Positions 56,848 through 64,000 of a stretch of 64,000 nt of DNA are shown one piece after another. The notes beneath the pieces are model-generated. The model made no database searches, had not been told where the DNA came from, and was given only the letters and a program-made list of their open reading frames with translations. How positions within the stretch are numbered: position 1 is the first letter of the stretch; each line of letters opens with the position of its first letter. The DNA comes from Rickettsiales bacterium (GTDB lineage: Bacteria; Pseudomonadota; Alphaproteobacteria; Rickettsiales; JABIRX01), in the NCBI GenBank assembly GCA_018659605.1, contig JABJMA010000019.1, positions 141 to 64,140 of the forward strand. The letters run 5' to 3'. A program made the translations under genes and the position numbers.

Positions 56848-57261
56848 CTAGAGGGCTGGTTGTGAGATGCTAGACGCGCCTGCAGCTCTCTCGGTGGTAT
56901 ATGATACTGGCGGCTGCTCTTCTGCAGCAATTACATGTGACCCCTTAGAGCAAGGTTGCTGAAGATTAATAGAATTCCATATTTGAGCAAAAGTAACGGC
57001 AGCTAGCGTAACATTGTGACCATCGCTGCATCTTGATTTTTCAGCAAATACTGAGTTAAAAGATTCTTGTGAATATTTCTTCTCAAGAGTTATAAGCTTG
57101 TGATTGCCTGGAATTTGAAACTGAATAGTAATATTGTTATCATCAAGTGATATTATCGTTGCTGAAGTTGCTGCCGTAATACCAGTCTTAAAACCGATAT
57201 GCTGACAAAGTGCCTCTGTTGTTTCTTTTTGTACTCCTGGTTTAGCGTTAGATCTAGTCAT
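56848..57261 (-). CDS. Hypothetical protein
   Basis: 137-aa ORF. No family recognised. GC looks higher than in the flanking non-coding DNA. Confidence 0.4.
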   Translation of the reverse strand: MTRSNAKPGVQKETTEALCQHIGFKTGITAATSATIISLDDNNITIQFQIPGNHKLITLEKKYSQESFNSVFAEKSRCSDGHNVTLAAVTFAQIWNSINLQQPCSKGSHVIAAEEQPPVSYTTERAAGASSISQPAL

Positions 57262-57613
57262 TGTAATTATTTAATTATTATTAGATTAGAATATTATTTG
57301 GAACCATTTCACATAATATAAGCCGTTTAACCACCATTTGTGCTAAATATATTATTATTAATTAGACAGGTAGCGCCTTATCGAGTAGTTTACGGAAAGA
57401 CAGAAATCTTTATCAAATAAATCTAATGCCGGCTTGATAGCAGGACTTTCTTAAATTTCAACCTTATGTGTTAAATTATGCACATAAGATGAATAATGTG
57501 GAAGAATCCCTGGAAAGAATGTATTTGTGATTACAGTCTATATCTGCAATTTAATTGATTCTGATATATATTGTCTTAGCTTTTAAGTAATCAGTGGTGA
57601 TAACTTTACTACT

Positions 57614-57795
57614 CAAACTTCCTGCGGAACTTCTCATCTTTAAAGATATAACAAAATAAAAAAGCCAGGCAAAATACCTAGCTTTTTTATTTTTTTGGAA
57701 CCCCGGGAAAGATTGATTCAGAAGCTCTAAGGAGCTTCTTTACCCTGCGGGCGCTATCGCAAAAGCTGACGCGTCCAAATTACTTTGTAAAACAA
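57614..57795. repeat. 182-bp hairpin-rich repeat, copy A
   Basis: Over 90 percent identical by eye to 63847-64000. It contains the hairpins TTCC-TGT-GGAA, AAAAAAGCCAGG-CAAAATA-CCTAGCTTTTTT (terminator-like on both strands) and GAAGCTC-TAAG-GAGCTTC, followed by a GC-rich tail. Confidence 0.85.
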
Positions 57796-57928
57796 GAATT
57801 GCAGGATTAATAGATAAATTAACTAACTCTAATAGCGGAACATTCTAGCATTCAAATGGTGAAATTTTGCCTTGGTAGTATCAAGATTATTGATCTTAAA
57901 AATGTAGATTGATGAATTAATCTTACTA

Positions 57929-58528
57929 TTAGCTATCTTTTTGAAATACTAACATTTGATTATTGGTTGGCATTTTAAAATCATTAAAGAGTGATAGGCC
58001 ATGCGTTTTCATATGATGTTGCACGTCTTCAAAATTGCGTATGGCACTATTTGAATCTCGCTTATAAAGCCGTTGATCAAAATCAGCATTACTTTGCGAA
58101 GTATATGTACCGCCATATTTGAAAGGACCGTAAACCACAAATAATGCTTTATTGCCTAATCGTTTCGAACTAGATTGAATTAACTCTTCAACATTTTTCC
58201 AGCTCATAATATGAAAACTATTAGCAGTAAACACTAGGTCACATTGCTTACAGGGGAAATCATTCTTACCAATTTCATATTCAACAGGTCCTCTGATATT
58301 CGTTGTTTTTGCTTCATCTAACCACTCCTTAATACCATCATGATTGGATAACAAATCTGATGTAATCCAGGTAAGTTTTGGAAAATATGGAGTAATATAT
58401 ACTGCATGTTGTCCAGTTCCTGACCCTACTTCAAATAATATTTGTGGTTTGTTTTGAACTAATTTTTTTAATATATCAGCTATAGGTCGCCAATTACGCT
58501 CACAAGATGCTGAATATGGTTTTGTCAT
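57929..58528 (-). CDS. DUF938 family class I methyltransferase-fold protein
   Basis: SCERNWRPIADIL and EVGSGTGQHAV...WITSD are typical of DUF938. Confidence 0.75.
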   Translation of the reverse strand: MTKPYSASCERNWRPIADILKKLVQNKPQILFEVGSGTGQHAVYITPYFPKLTWITSDLLSNHDGIKEWLDEAKTTNIRGPVEYEIGKNDFPCKQCDLVFTANSFHIMSWKNVEELIQSSSKRLGNKALFVVYGPFKYGGTYTSQSNADFDQRLYKRDSNSAIRNFEDVQHHMKTHGLSLFNDFKMPTNNQMLVFQKDS

Positions 58529-58530
58529 AA

Positions 58531-58923
58531 TTATTCCGGCTTATGAAATTCAATGACATTATAATCCTGATCTCGGATAAATATTGATGTACCGCCTGGG
58601 AAGGTTACCGGTCCTTCAGTGATTTTAATATCCTTTGATTTTAATAATTTTAATATTTCATCAATAGCATTTATTTCTAAGGCAATATGAGTATATCCGG
58701 TATATTTTTCTGGGACATCCATTAGAATATTTTTTGCTGTAGCAGCAGAGCCATTGAGAATGAAATTGATATTAATACCTGACGGATGTTCCATAATAGC
58801 AACTGGCTCCGGTCCAATCGGACCGACTATAAATTCAAAGCCTAATTGTTCATAGAATGTTCTTGCTTTTGTAAGGCTGGTTACTCTTAGCCCTATATGA
58901 TTGATTCTGGTTATTGCCTTCAT
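58531..58923 (-). CDS. VOC (glyoxalase/bleomycin-resistance/dioxygenase) family protein
   Basis: 130 aa with paired beta-alpha-beta-beta-beta modules (INHIGLRV ... HIALEI ... EFHK). Confidence 0.7.
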   Translation of the reverse strand: MKAITRINHIGLRVTSLTKARTFYEQLGFEFIVGPIGPEPVAIMEHPSGININFILNGSAATAKNILMDVPEKYTGYTHIALEINAIDEILKLLKSKDIKITEGPVTFPGGTSIFIRDQDYNVIEFHKPE

Positions 58924-58976
58924 GGTTTAATTTATAAATTATAATTCATTTATCCAAATAGCTCAATAAAATCGCT

Positions 58977-59227
58977 ATGACAAATAATAATTTACCATAT
59001 ATCGTCAAAAAAGCACCTTATAAAATAACTGTAGAACAAGACAAAATATATTCTATCCACTCTAGTGGTTATAACAAAAAACAACCATTTTCGATGGCTC
59101 TCACCGAGAAGAAGCCCCATCATATCATACCGTTAAATATCAGGCTACAGAAAATAAGGCAGTGTATTTTGTGGTTGTAAATATAGCAAAAATAGCCCTT
59201 ATGCATGAGGCTCTTAATGACCTATAG
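58977..59227 (+). pseudogene. Decayed CDGSH-type iron-sulfur domain gene (frameshift plus ligand substitutions)
   Basis: Frame 1 gives ...YSIHSSGYNKKQPF and frame 3 continues DGSHREE.... Restoring one nucleotide at about 59091-59092 recreates the spacing C-x-C-x2-[ST]-x3-P-x-C-D-G-S-H, with the first two Cys now H and S. A second downstream copy of the motif is fully degenerate. Confidence 0.45.
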
Positions 59228-59545
59228 TCTATCTATTTTCGTAGCTAAGATAAAATCATTATCGTGCAGACCATTTATTGCATGAGTATAAATCTCTATA
59301 GTGCATTTTCCCCAAGTAAAATATATATCGGGATGATGACCCTCTATCTCGGCAATATTTCCTACTTTATTAACAAAATTTAAAGTGGTAATAAAATCTT
59401 TAAATTTAAAATTCTTTTTTATTTTTCGACCATCCTCTATTAATTGCCAATCATTCAAACCAATTAATTTTTGTTTTGCTATCTCAAAATTAAGCGGACG
59501 GTCTGCGCTTGTGCATGGTGTGCAGTGTGTTATTTTATTATTCAT
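59222..59545 (-). CDS. phhB: Pterin-4-alpha-carbinolamine dehydratase
   Basis: PCD pattern W.L...I.K.F.FKDF..T..FVNKVG.IAE.EGHHPDI...TH..GL...DF.LA.KID. Confidence 0.85.
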   Translation of the reverse strand: MNNKITHCTPCTSADRPLNFEIAKQKLIGLNDWQLIEDGRKIKKNFKFKDFITTLNFVNKVGNIAEIEGHHPDIYFTWGKCTIEIYTHAINGLHDNDFILATKIDRL

Positions 59546-59766
59546 GAATTGATAAATTACATTTTAACTTATTGCTTATTACCGTTTTAGATATTTTTTA
59601 ACAAAAATTACAATATATCTGTTATCTTGAGATATAATGATCTAGGGACAGTATAGATAACTAGCAAGCAAAATAGAGCGTCCTGCGAATAATTAAGCAC
59701 ACTGCCCCAGAACTTAAATTTTAGCCCGTTATTAATACCAAATCCCCTTTGTTCATACAATGGTTG

Positions 59767-59795
59767 TTGACACACATGTTTTTCGAGGCGATAAT
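59767..59795 (+). promoter_or_regulatory. Candidate sigma-70 promoter for the cyclophilin gene
   Basis: TTGACA, a 17-nt spacer, then GATAAT, about 90 bp upstream of the ATG at 59882. Confidence 0.4.
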
Positions 59796-59881
59796 CGTCA
59801 CTAATATTGTATCAGGGGAGCATGTCTTAGATGATGAGCAAATCCTAGTAATATATAGTAACTAACAAATAGGATATAAAA

Positions 59882-60397
59882 ATGGCAATACGAGTTTATT
59901 TTGACATGAACGCTGGTGGCGAAGAGCTAGGCAGAATTATTATGGAATTACGTGACGATATAGTTCCAAAAACAGCAGAAAATTTTAGAGCATTATGCAC
60001 TAATGAAAAGGGCTTTGGATTCAAAGGAAGCTCATTCCATCGAGTGATTCCTGACTTTATGTGTCAAGGCGGTGATTTCACTAACCATAATGGTACAGGT
60101 GGAAAATCAATTTATGGCGATAAATTTGAAGATGAGAATTTTGAACTAAAACATACAGGTCCTGGAATATTAAGTATGGCTAACGCAGGTCCTAATACAA
60201 ACGGATCGCAGTTTTTCATCTGCACCTCTGAAACAGCTTGGTTAGATGGCAAGCATGTTGTGTTTGGAAAAGTTGTAGACGGCATGGATGTTGTTAAAAA
60301 AGTAGAATCTTACGGTTCTCAAAGTGGACAAACATCTGTCAACATCACTATCTCTGATAGTGGAGAGATCGCTGATAGCGGAGAGATTGCTGCATAA
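59882..60397 (+). CDS. Cyclophilin-type peptidyl-prolyl isomerase, eukaryotic CypA-like
   Basis: Collinear with human cyclophilin A with long identical runs ([76 protein letters not shown]). It is unlike bacterial PpiA/PpiB. Confidence 0.92.
   Translation: MAIRVYFDMNAGGEELGRIIMELRDDIVPKTAENFRALCTNEKGFGFKGSSFHRVIPDFMCQGGDFTNHNGTGGKSIYGDKFEDENFELKHTGPGILSMANAGPNTNGSQFFICTSETAWLDGKHVVFGKVVDGMDVVKKVESYGSQSGQTSVNITISDSGEIADSGEIAA
60356..60391 (+). repeat. 18-bp in-frame tandem duplication at the cyclophilin C-terminus
   Basis: GATAGTGGAGAGATCGCT / GATAGCGGAGAGATTGCT. The two differences are both synonymous. It encodes DSGEIA twice. Confidence 0.9.
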
Positions 60398-60415
60398 GAA
60401 CCGGGGACGGTTTTT
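60398..60415. terminator. Weak hairpin between the convergent cyclophilin and gloA genes
   Basis: AACCG-GGGA-CGGTT followed by TTTTT on the + strand. The stem is short, so confidence is low. Confidence 0.3.
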
Positions 60416-60417
60416 AA

Positions 60418-60810
60418 TTACTTTTCAATAAGCTCTATTTTATAGCCGTCGGGGTCTTCTACGAAGGCGATAACTGTAGAGCTATGCTTCATTGGTCCTG
60501 GGGGGCGAGTGATATTTGCGCCTGATGCTTTTAATAAATCGCAGGCGGCGTAAATGTCTGGTACTCCGAGTGCCATATGGCCAAAGCCATTTCCCAAATC
60601 ATACGCTGCATCTTGTTCCCAGTTATGGGTTAATTCAATAACTGTATTATTTGATTCATCGCCATAACCAACAAAGGCCAGAGTAAACTTGCCATTTGGG
60701 TAGTCTTTTTGACGCAGTAATTTCATACCAAGAAGGTTGGTATAAAAATCTAATGATTTCTGTAAATCATAGACCCGAATCATAGTATGTAGCATTTTAA
60801 ATTGTGCCAT
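60418..60810 (-). CDS. gloA: Lactoylglutathione lyase (glyoxalase I)
   Basis: Collinear with GloA (LHTMIRV.DL..S..FY...LGM.LL, TLAFVGYG, IELTHNW, GNGFGHMALGV, PGPMKH, AFVEDPDGYKIELIE). Confidence 0.9.
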   Translation of the reverse strand: MAQFKMLHTMIRVYDLQKSLDFYTNLLGMKLLRQKDYPNGKFTLAFVGYGDESNNTVIELTHNWEQDAAYDLGNGFGHMALGVPDIYAACDLLKASGANITRPPGPMKHSSTVIAFVEDPDGYKIELIEK

Positions 60811-60851
60811 AATATCTCTTGGTGTAAAAGGTTAGGGGTGATCTAAATATT

Positions 60852-61127
60852 TTATATATTCTCGTCGGTAGGCTCGGTAGCTACTGTAGTTTGCTTTGAA
60901 TCTTTTACCTTTATTTTTTTACCTTCGAAAACAGATCCATGCAGTGCCTTTATTGCAGCATTGGCATCATCATCATTGGACATCTTAATAAAAGCAAAGC
61001 CTTTGGATATACGGCGCTTTTTATCAAAAACTATATCGCATGTTTGTACGGTGCCATAAGCTTTAAATAACGCAGAGAGATCTTGTTCTGTGGTCCAGCG
61101 AGATAGGTTGAGTATATTTATAATCAT
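60852..61127 (-). CDS. RRM-type RNA-binding protein
   Basis: RNP2-like INILNL and RNP1 KGFAFIKM in a 91-aa protein. Confidence 0.75.
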   Translation of the reverse strand: MIINILNLSRWTTEQDLSALFKAYGTVQTCDIVFDKKRRISKGFAFIKMSNDDDANAAIKALHGSVFEGKKIKVKDSKQTTVATEPTDENI

Positions 61128-61315
61128 TAGAATTGCTTAAGATGTTTTTATATTTTGTGTATTAAATACCATTTTCGTCATTATGCCAGAACAAGTAATA
61201 AAGCATAGTAAAAGATATGGGGCAGCTCTTAATGATATTTTCTTTACTACAAAATAGTTCATTGTTAAGTATTGAGATAGGAGCCTTTATCTACAAAATT
61301 TGAATTCTTATTAAG

Positions 61316-62077
61316 ATGATAAACCTATTTAACAAAGCTATATTTAGCTTAGGCATTACCATAATGTTATTTGCGGCATCAAAGTCTATAGCTAGCTCTG
61401 ACTCCCATACCCCAGTGCTTAAGTTGCGATTTCATTTAGTACAAGATTTAGAGATGCAGCAAAAAGGCGTTGATATGGTTAATTGGATTACGCCTGAAAT
61501 GATAAGAGATACCGTGATGCCGGATCTTAATAAGATTTGGTCAGATGCAGAGATTAGATGGGAATTAGCAGGGGTTCATAATGCAAGTACTAAAAGCGCG
61601 GGGCGTCAAGAAACGGTCGATTATCTCTTGCGGGCTAGACGTAATGAGCAGGGAAAATCTGATCCAGAGCGGATTAAAAAGTTAAAAAACATCTTACCTT
61701 TAGCGGCAAGGGACCCAAATATAATTAACATATATGTTATTCCATATTTAGGAATAACTTCTCAAGGCAATGCTTCTCCTAGACAAAATATTGTAATCAT
61801 GGGGCAATGGAGTGATAAAAGTTCTCGTGGGCAATCTCCTCCTCAAAAATGTATTTTATCTCAAAATGGAGCGCCAAAAAAAGGTTCCTTTAGTAGAACT
61901 ACAGCCCATGAATTAGGCCATATTCTTGGCTTGCGGCATCCAAAAAAATCAAATAAAACAAGATCTCAAAATCTTTTGATGGGTGGTGGCTCATCGGTGC
62001 CAGGTGTAAATTTAACTAATGCGGAAATATTGATTGCACGAGAAGGTGCTTTCCTATTAGAATACGCTCAACGTTAA
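61316..62077 (+). CDS. Secreted metzincin-like zinc metalloprotease
   Basis: Signal peptide and the extended zinc motif HELGHILGLRH (HExxHxxGxxH). Confidence 0.6.
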   Translation: MINLFNKAIFSLGITIMLFAASKSIASSDSHTPVLKLRFHLVQDLEMQQKGVDMVNWITPEMIRDTVMPDLNKIWSDAEIRWELAGVHNASTKSAGRQETVDYLLRARRNEQGKSDPERIKKLKNILPLAARDPNIINIYVIPYLGITSQGNASPRQNIVIMGQWSDKSSRGQSPPQKCILSQNGAPKKGSFSRTTAHELGHILGLRHPKKSNKTRSQNLLMGGGSSVPGVNLTNAEILIAREGAFLLEYAQR

Positions 62078-62091
62078 TAGGAAGAAGTTAT

Positions 62092-62421
62092 ATGACTGTT
62101 AAAAATAATATTAAAGAATCAAATGTAGTTTTAGGTAAGAATATAGGGCGATTGCGGCGTATAAAAAATATTACCTGTATGCAGCTTGGACGTAAGATTA
62201 ACCAAACTGAGCAACAGATTGTCAAGTATGAGAGTGGTAGCGTTCTTGTTCCTTTGCCTATAGTTGAAAAGATTGCCAACGCATTAGATGAACCTATTAC
62301 TAAAAAAATTATAAGAAAAATATCTACTTTGAGAAAGTTAGAAGTAGAAAAAAAGACAGAGATGGCAGACGAGCTGATAGATTTATATAATCAGGCCTTC
62401 CCAGATGATATACTGGAATAA
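62092..62421 (+). CDS. XRE-family helix-turn-helix transcriptional regulator
   Basis: N-terminal HTH_3-like segment LGKNIGRLRRIKNITCMQLGRKINQTEQQIVKYESG. Confidence 0.7.
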   Translation: MTVKNNIKESNVVLGKNIGRLRRIKNITCMQLGRKINQTEQQIVKYESGSVLVPLPIVEKIANALDEPITKKIIRKISTLRKLEVEKKTEMADELIDLYNQAFPDDILE

Positions 62422-62464
62422 GAGGCTATTCTTATCTTACTTATTACTGAAAAAAACTCTTTAA

Positions 62465-63046
62465 TCATTTGCTCGTTATTTGATAACCAATCGGTTTGTA
62501 ATTAAAATTGTTTGACTGACCAGCCGAACATGCTGTTAAAGCTATTATCAAATCCATTTCAGCTTTAAATTTTGTAGATTCGCCAGCTTTGCTTTTTGGA
62601 GGAAGAACTGAAATTTTACCTATATTATCAAACTCCACATTCATAAAAACATTAAATGCAGTAGGGATATCATCAGCTTCAATACCCCATGCCGATAAAA
62701 CTTTCTCAAAGTTACCTTGGCAACCATGATGAGGGTTATCGTCATTATATAAAATTCTAAATGTGTCTTTAGAGCAAGGAGTAAGGGTAAAATCATGTCT
62801 GCCCACTTCATCCTTATCAATGGTCAGCATCGGGTTACTGCGGTTTGAATAAAGAATATTACCTGTAGTTAAATATATGTTCTCTGCATAATCAAGTGAT
62901 CTTCCTGAAGATATTACCTCTCTTATGTCCTCTAGGTTATAAGCAAGCATGTCTGAAACTTGCTCACCTTCAATGTCTGTTACGGTTAAATACTCACCCC
63001 GCTTTAACTTAAATGCAGTTCCTGTTCTAGCTTCTATTATTTTCAT
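62465..63046 (-). CDS. DUF1989 (urea carboxylase-associated / carboxyguanidine deiminase-related) family protein
   Basis: The N-terminus ARTGTAFKLKRGEYLTVTDIEGEQVSDMLAYN is typical of DUF1989. The start overlaps the upstream gene's stop (ATGA). Confidence 0.7.
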   Translation of the reverse strand: MKIIEARTGTAFKLKRGEYLTVTDIEGEQVSDMLAYNLEDIREVISSGRSLDYAENIYLTTGNILYSNRSNPMLTIDKDEVGRHDFTLTPCSKDTFRILYNDDNPHHGCQGNFEKVLSAWGIEADDIPTAFNVFMNVEFDNIGKISVLPPKSKAGESTKFKAEMDLIIALTACSAGQSNNFNYKPIGYQITSK

Positions 63047-63708
63047 TATTTACCTTTTATTTTTAATGGACATTTCCAGCTCTTATCAACATGCCGGCCG
63101 CTATATTGGTTTGCTTCTGCTCCTTCTCCAAAATTCTTTACCATAGGGTTGATGGAGCCATTGATTTCTAAATCTTTTTTTCTTATTATTTTCTGTAGTG
63201 TTTCATACTTACCGTTCTTGCGTAAGGTTTCAAATTGTGCATGGGAATTGAACACCATAGCGGGGTATTTAAATGTTCTAGCTGAACGTGAAGCATTAGC
63301 ATGAACGCCAATTATGAAAAAGCTGTAACCTGCAATACTCATACTAAACTTAGAGGATTCTGGTAGGGATCCACAATCCTCAGACCAATCAACCTTCTTG
63401 GTAATATCAATATCATGTAAAGATTGGAGTTTTCTCCATAATAGATTTTCAAAGTCTATTTCAGAAAATTGCTGTTCATCTGAAAATATCAATACAAATG
63501 ATTGTAACGCTATGCCATCTAAATCGAGTTTTTGACCAAACTCCTTTAGCGACCCATGCAAATTATCATCATAGGATGAATCCAAAATAGATTCTGCAAA
63601 ATAGAAATTCAGATTTGATTGAGCTAAAGAAGATTTAGCTCCAACGCATGGAAAACTTTCACTATTTATATAAGCTCTAAATTTATCTTCTATGATTTGC
63701 TTTTCCAT
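63046..63708 (-). CDS. YqcI/YcgG family protein (GntA-like heme-dependent N-hydroxylase family)
   Basis: N-terminal FPCVGAKS block and overall length are typical of YqcI/YcgG. It is translationally coupled to the DUF1989 gene. Confidence 0.6.
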   Translation of the reverse strand: MEKQIIEDKFRAYINSESFPCVGAKSSLAQSNLNFYFAESILDSSYDDNLHGSLKEFGQKLDLDGIALQSFVLIFSDEQQFSEIDFENLLWRKLQSLHDIDITKKVDWSEDCGSLPESSKFSMSIAGYSFFIIGVHANASRSARTFKYPAMVFNSHAQFETLRKNGKYETLQKIIRKKDLEINGSINPMVKNFGEGAEANQYSGRHVDKSWKCPLKIKGK

Positions 63709-63825
63709 CTAGACTTTTTATTTTATTGGCTCCCCGGGAAAGATTGATTCCGAAGCTCTAAGGAGCTTCTTTACCCTGCGGGCGCTATCGCAATGCTTAC
63801 GCGTCCAAATTACTTTGTAAAACAA
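63709..63825. repeat. Hairpin-rich repeat, copy B (GC-rich half only)
   Basis: Matches the right 117 bp of the 182-bp unit and begins on the nucleotide next to the ycgG-like start codon. Confidence 0.85.
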
Positions 63826-63846
63826 TGTTTTCCTGCAGTAATTGGT

Positions 63847-64000
63847 CAAACTTCCTGTGGAACTTCTCATCTTTAAAGATATAACAAAATAAAAAAGCTA
63901 GGCAAAATACCTAGCTTTTTTATTTTATTGGCTCCCCGGGAAAGATTGATTCCGAAGCTCTAAGGAGCTTCTTTACCCTGCGGGCGCTATCGCAATGCTT
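63847..64000. repeat. Hairpin-rich repeat, copy C (runs off the window edge)
   Basis: Tandem to copy B after a 21-bp spacer. It includes the perfect 12-bp-stem hairpin AAAAAAGCTAGG-CAAAATA-CCTAGCTTTTTT. Confidence 0.85.

Noticed and set aside
63709-63825. Guanidine-I (ykkC) riboswitch upstream of the DUF1989-containing operon
   Set aside because: The idea was tempting because DUF1989 genes are classic ykkC targets and the leader contains CCCGGGGAG. However, the conserved ykkC blocks as I recall them (CUAGGGUUCCG, GGUCCGAGAG, ACACGG.GGGAUAAAAGCCCGGGAGA) are absent. The ACGR-loop hairpins of guanidine-II are also absent. In addition, the same sequence recurs at 57614-57795 away from such genes. 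It is kept only as an unclassified structured repeat.
63709-64000. CRISPR array
   Set aside because: Only two adjacent copies are present. The unit is about 180 bp rather than 25-40 bp, the spacer is 21 bp, and no cas genes lie in the window.

Overview
This is an AT-rich bacterial chromosome segment, roughly one third GC by eye and densely coding. The gene content points to an alphaproteobacterium, probably a host-associated Rickettsiales- or Holosporales-like lineage. Supporting genes include holC, addA, rpoH, pal-ybgF, tig-clpP-clpX-lon followed by tRNA-Val and tRNA-Asp, homologues of NDUFAF7, NDUFAF5, NDUFS4 and Mic60, and an APRc-type retropepsin. I cannot name the species from the sequence alone. 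About 60 protein genes and 4 tRNAs are supported. No rRNA, CRISPR array, transposase or integrase was seen. The standout locus is 42.5-48.3 kb, immediately 3' of tRNA-Val and tRNA-Asp. It holds two tandem, paralogous giant ORFs of about 806 and 846 aa. Each has an unrecognisable N-terminal domain and a C-terminal half carrying, in order, the motif series of the glutamine-synthetase / GCS2 / amidoligase (carboxylate-amine ligase) fold. An intact VanX-type D-Ala-D-Ala dipeptidase gene starts on the nucleotide after the second ORF's stop. I do not know a described system with this architecture. Other notable items follow. (1) A eukaryote-type cyclophilin A gene carries an 18-bp C-terminal duplication. 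(2) A family of GC-rich inverted-repeat elements sits at gene 3' ends, and their termini supply the TAG stop codons of neighbouring genes. (3) A repeat of about 180 bp, rich in hairpins, occurs at 57.6 kb and in tandem at 63.7-64.0 kb, abutting the start codon of a translationally coupled YcgG/GntA-like plus DUF1989 gene pair. (4) The ccmA/ccmB pair looks decayed. (5) A CDGSH Fe-S gene is frameshifted. (6) There is a compact lysine-catabolism operon. All functional calls rest on motif recognition by eye. No searches or computations were run.
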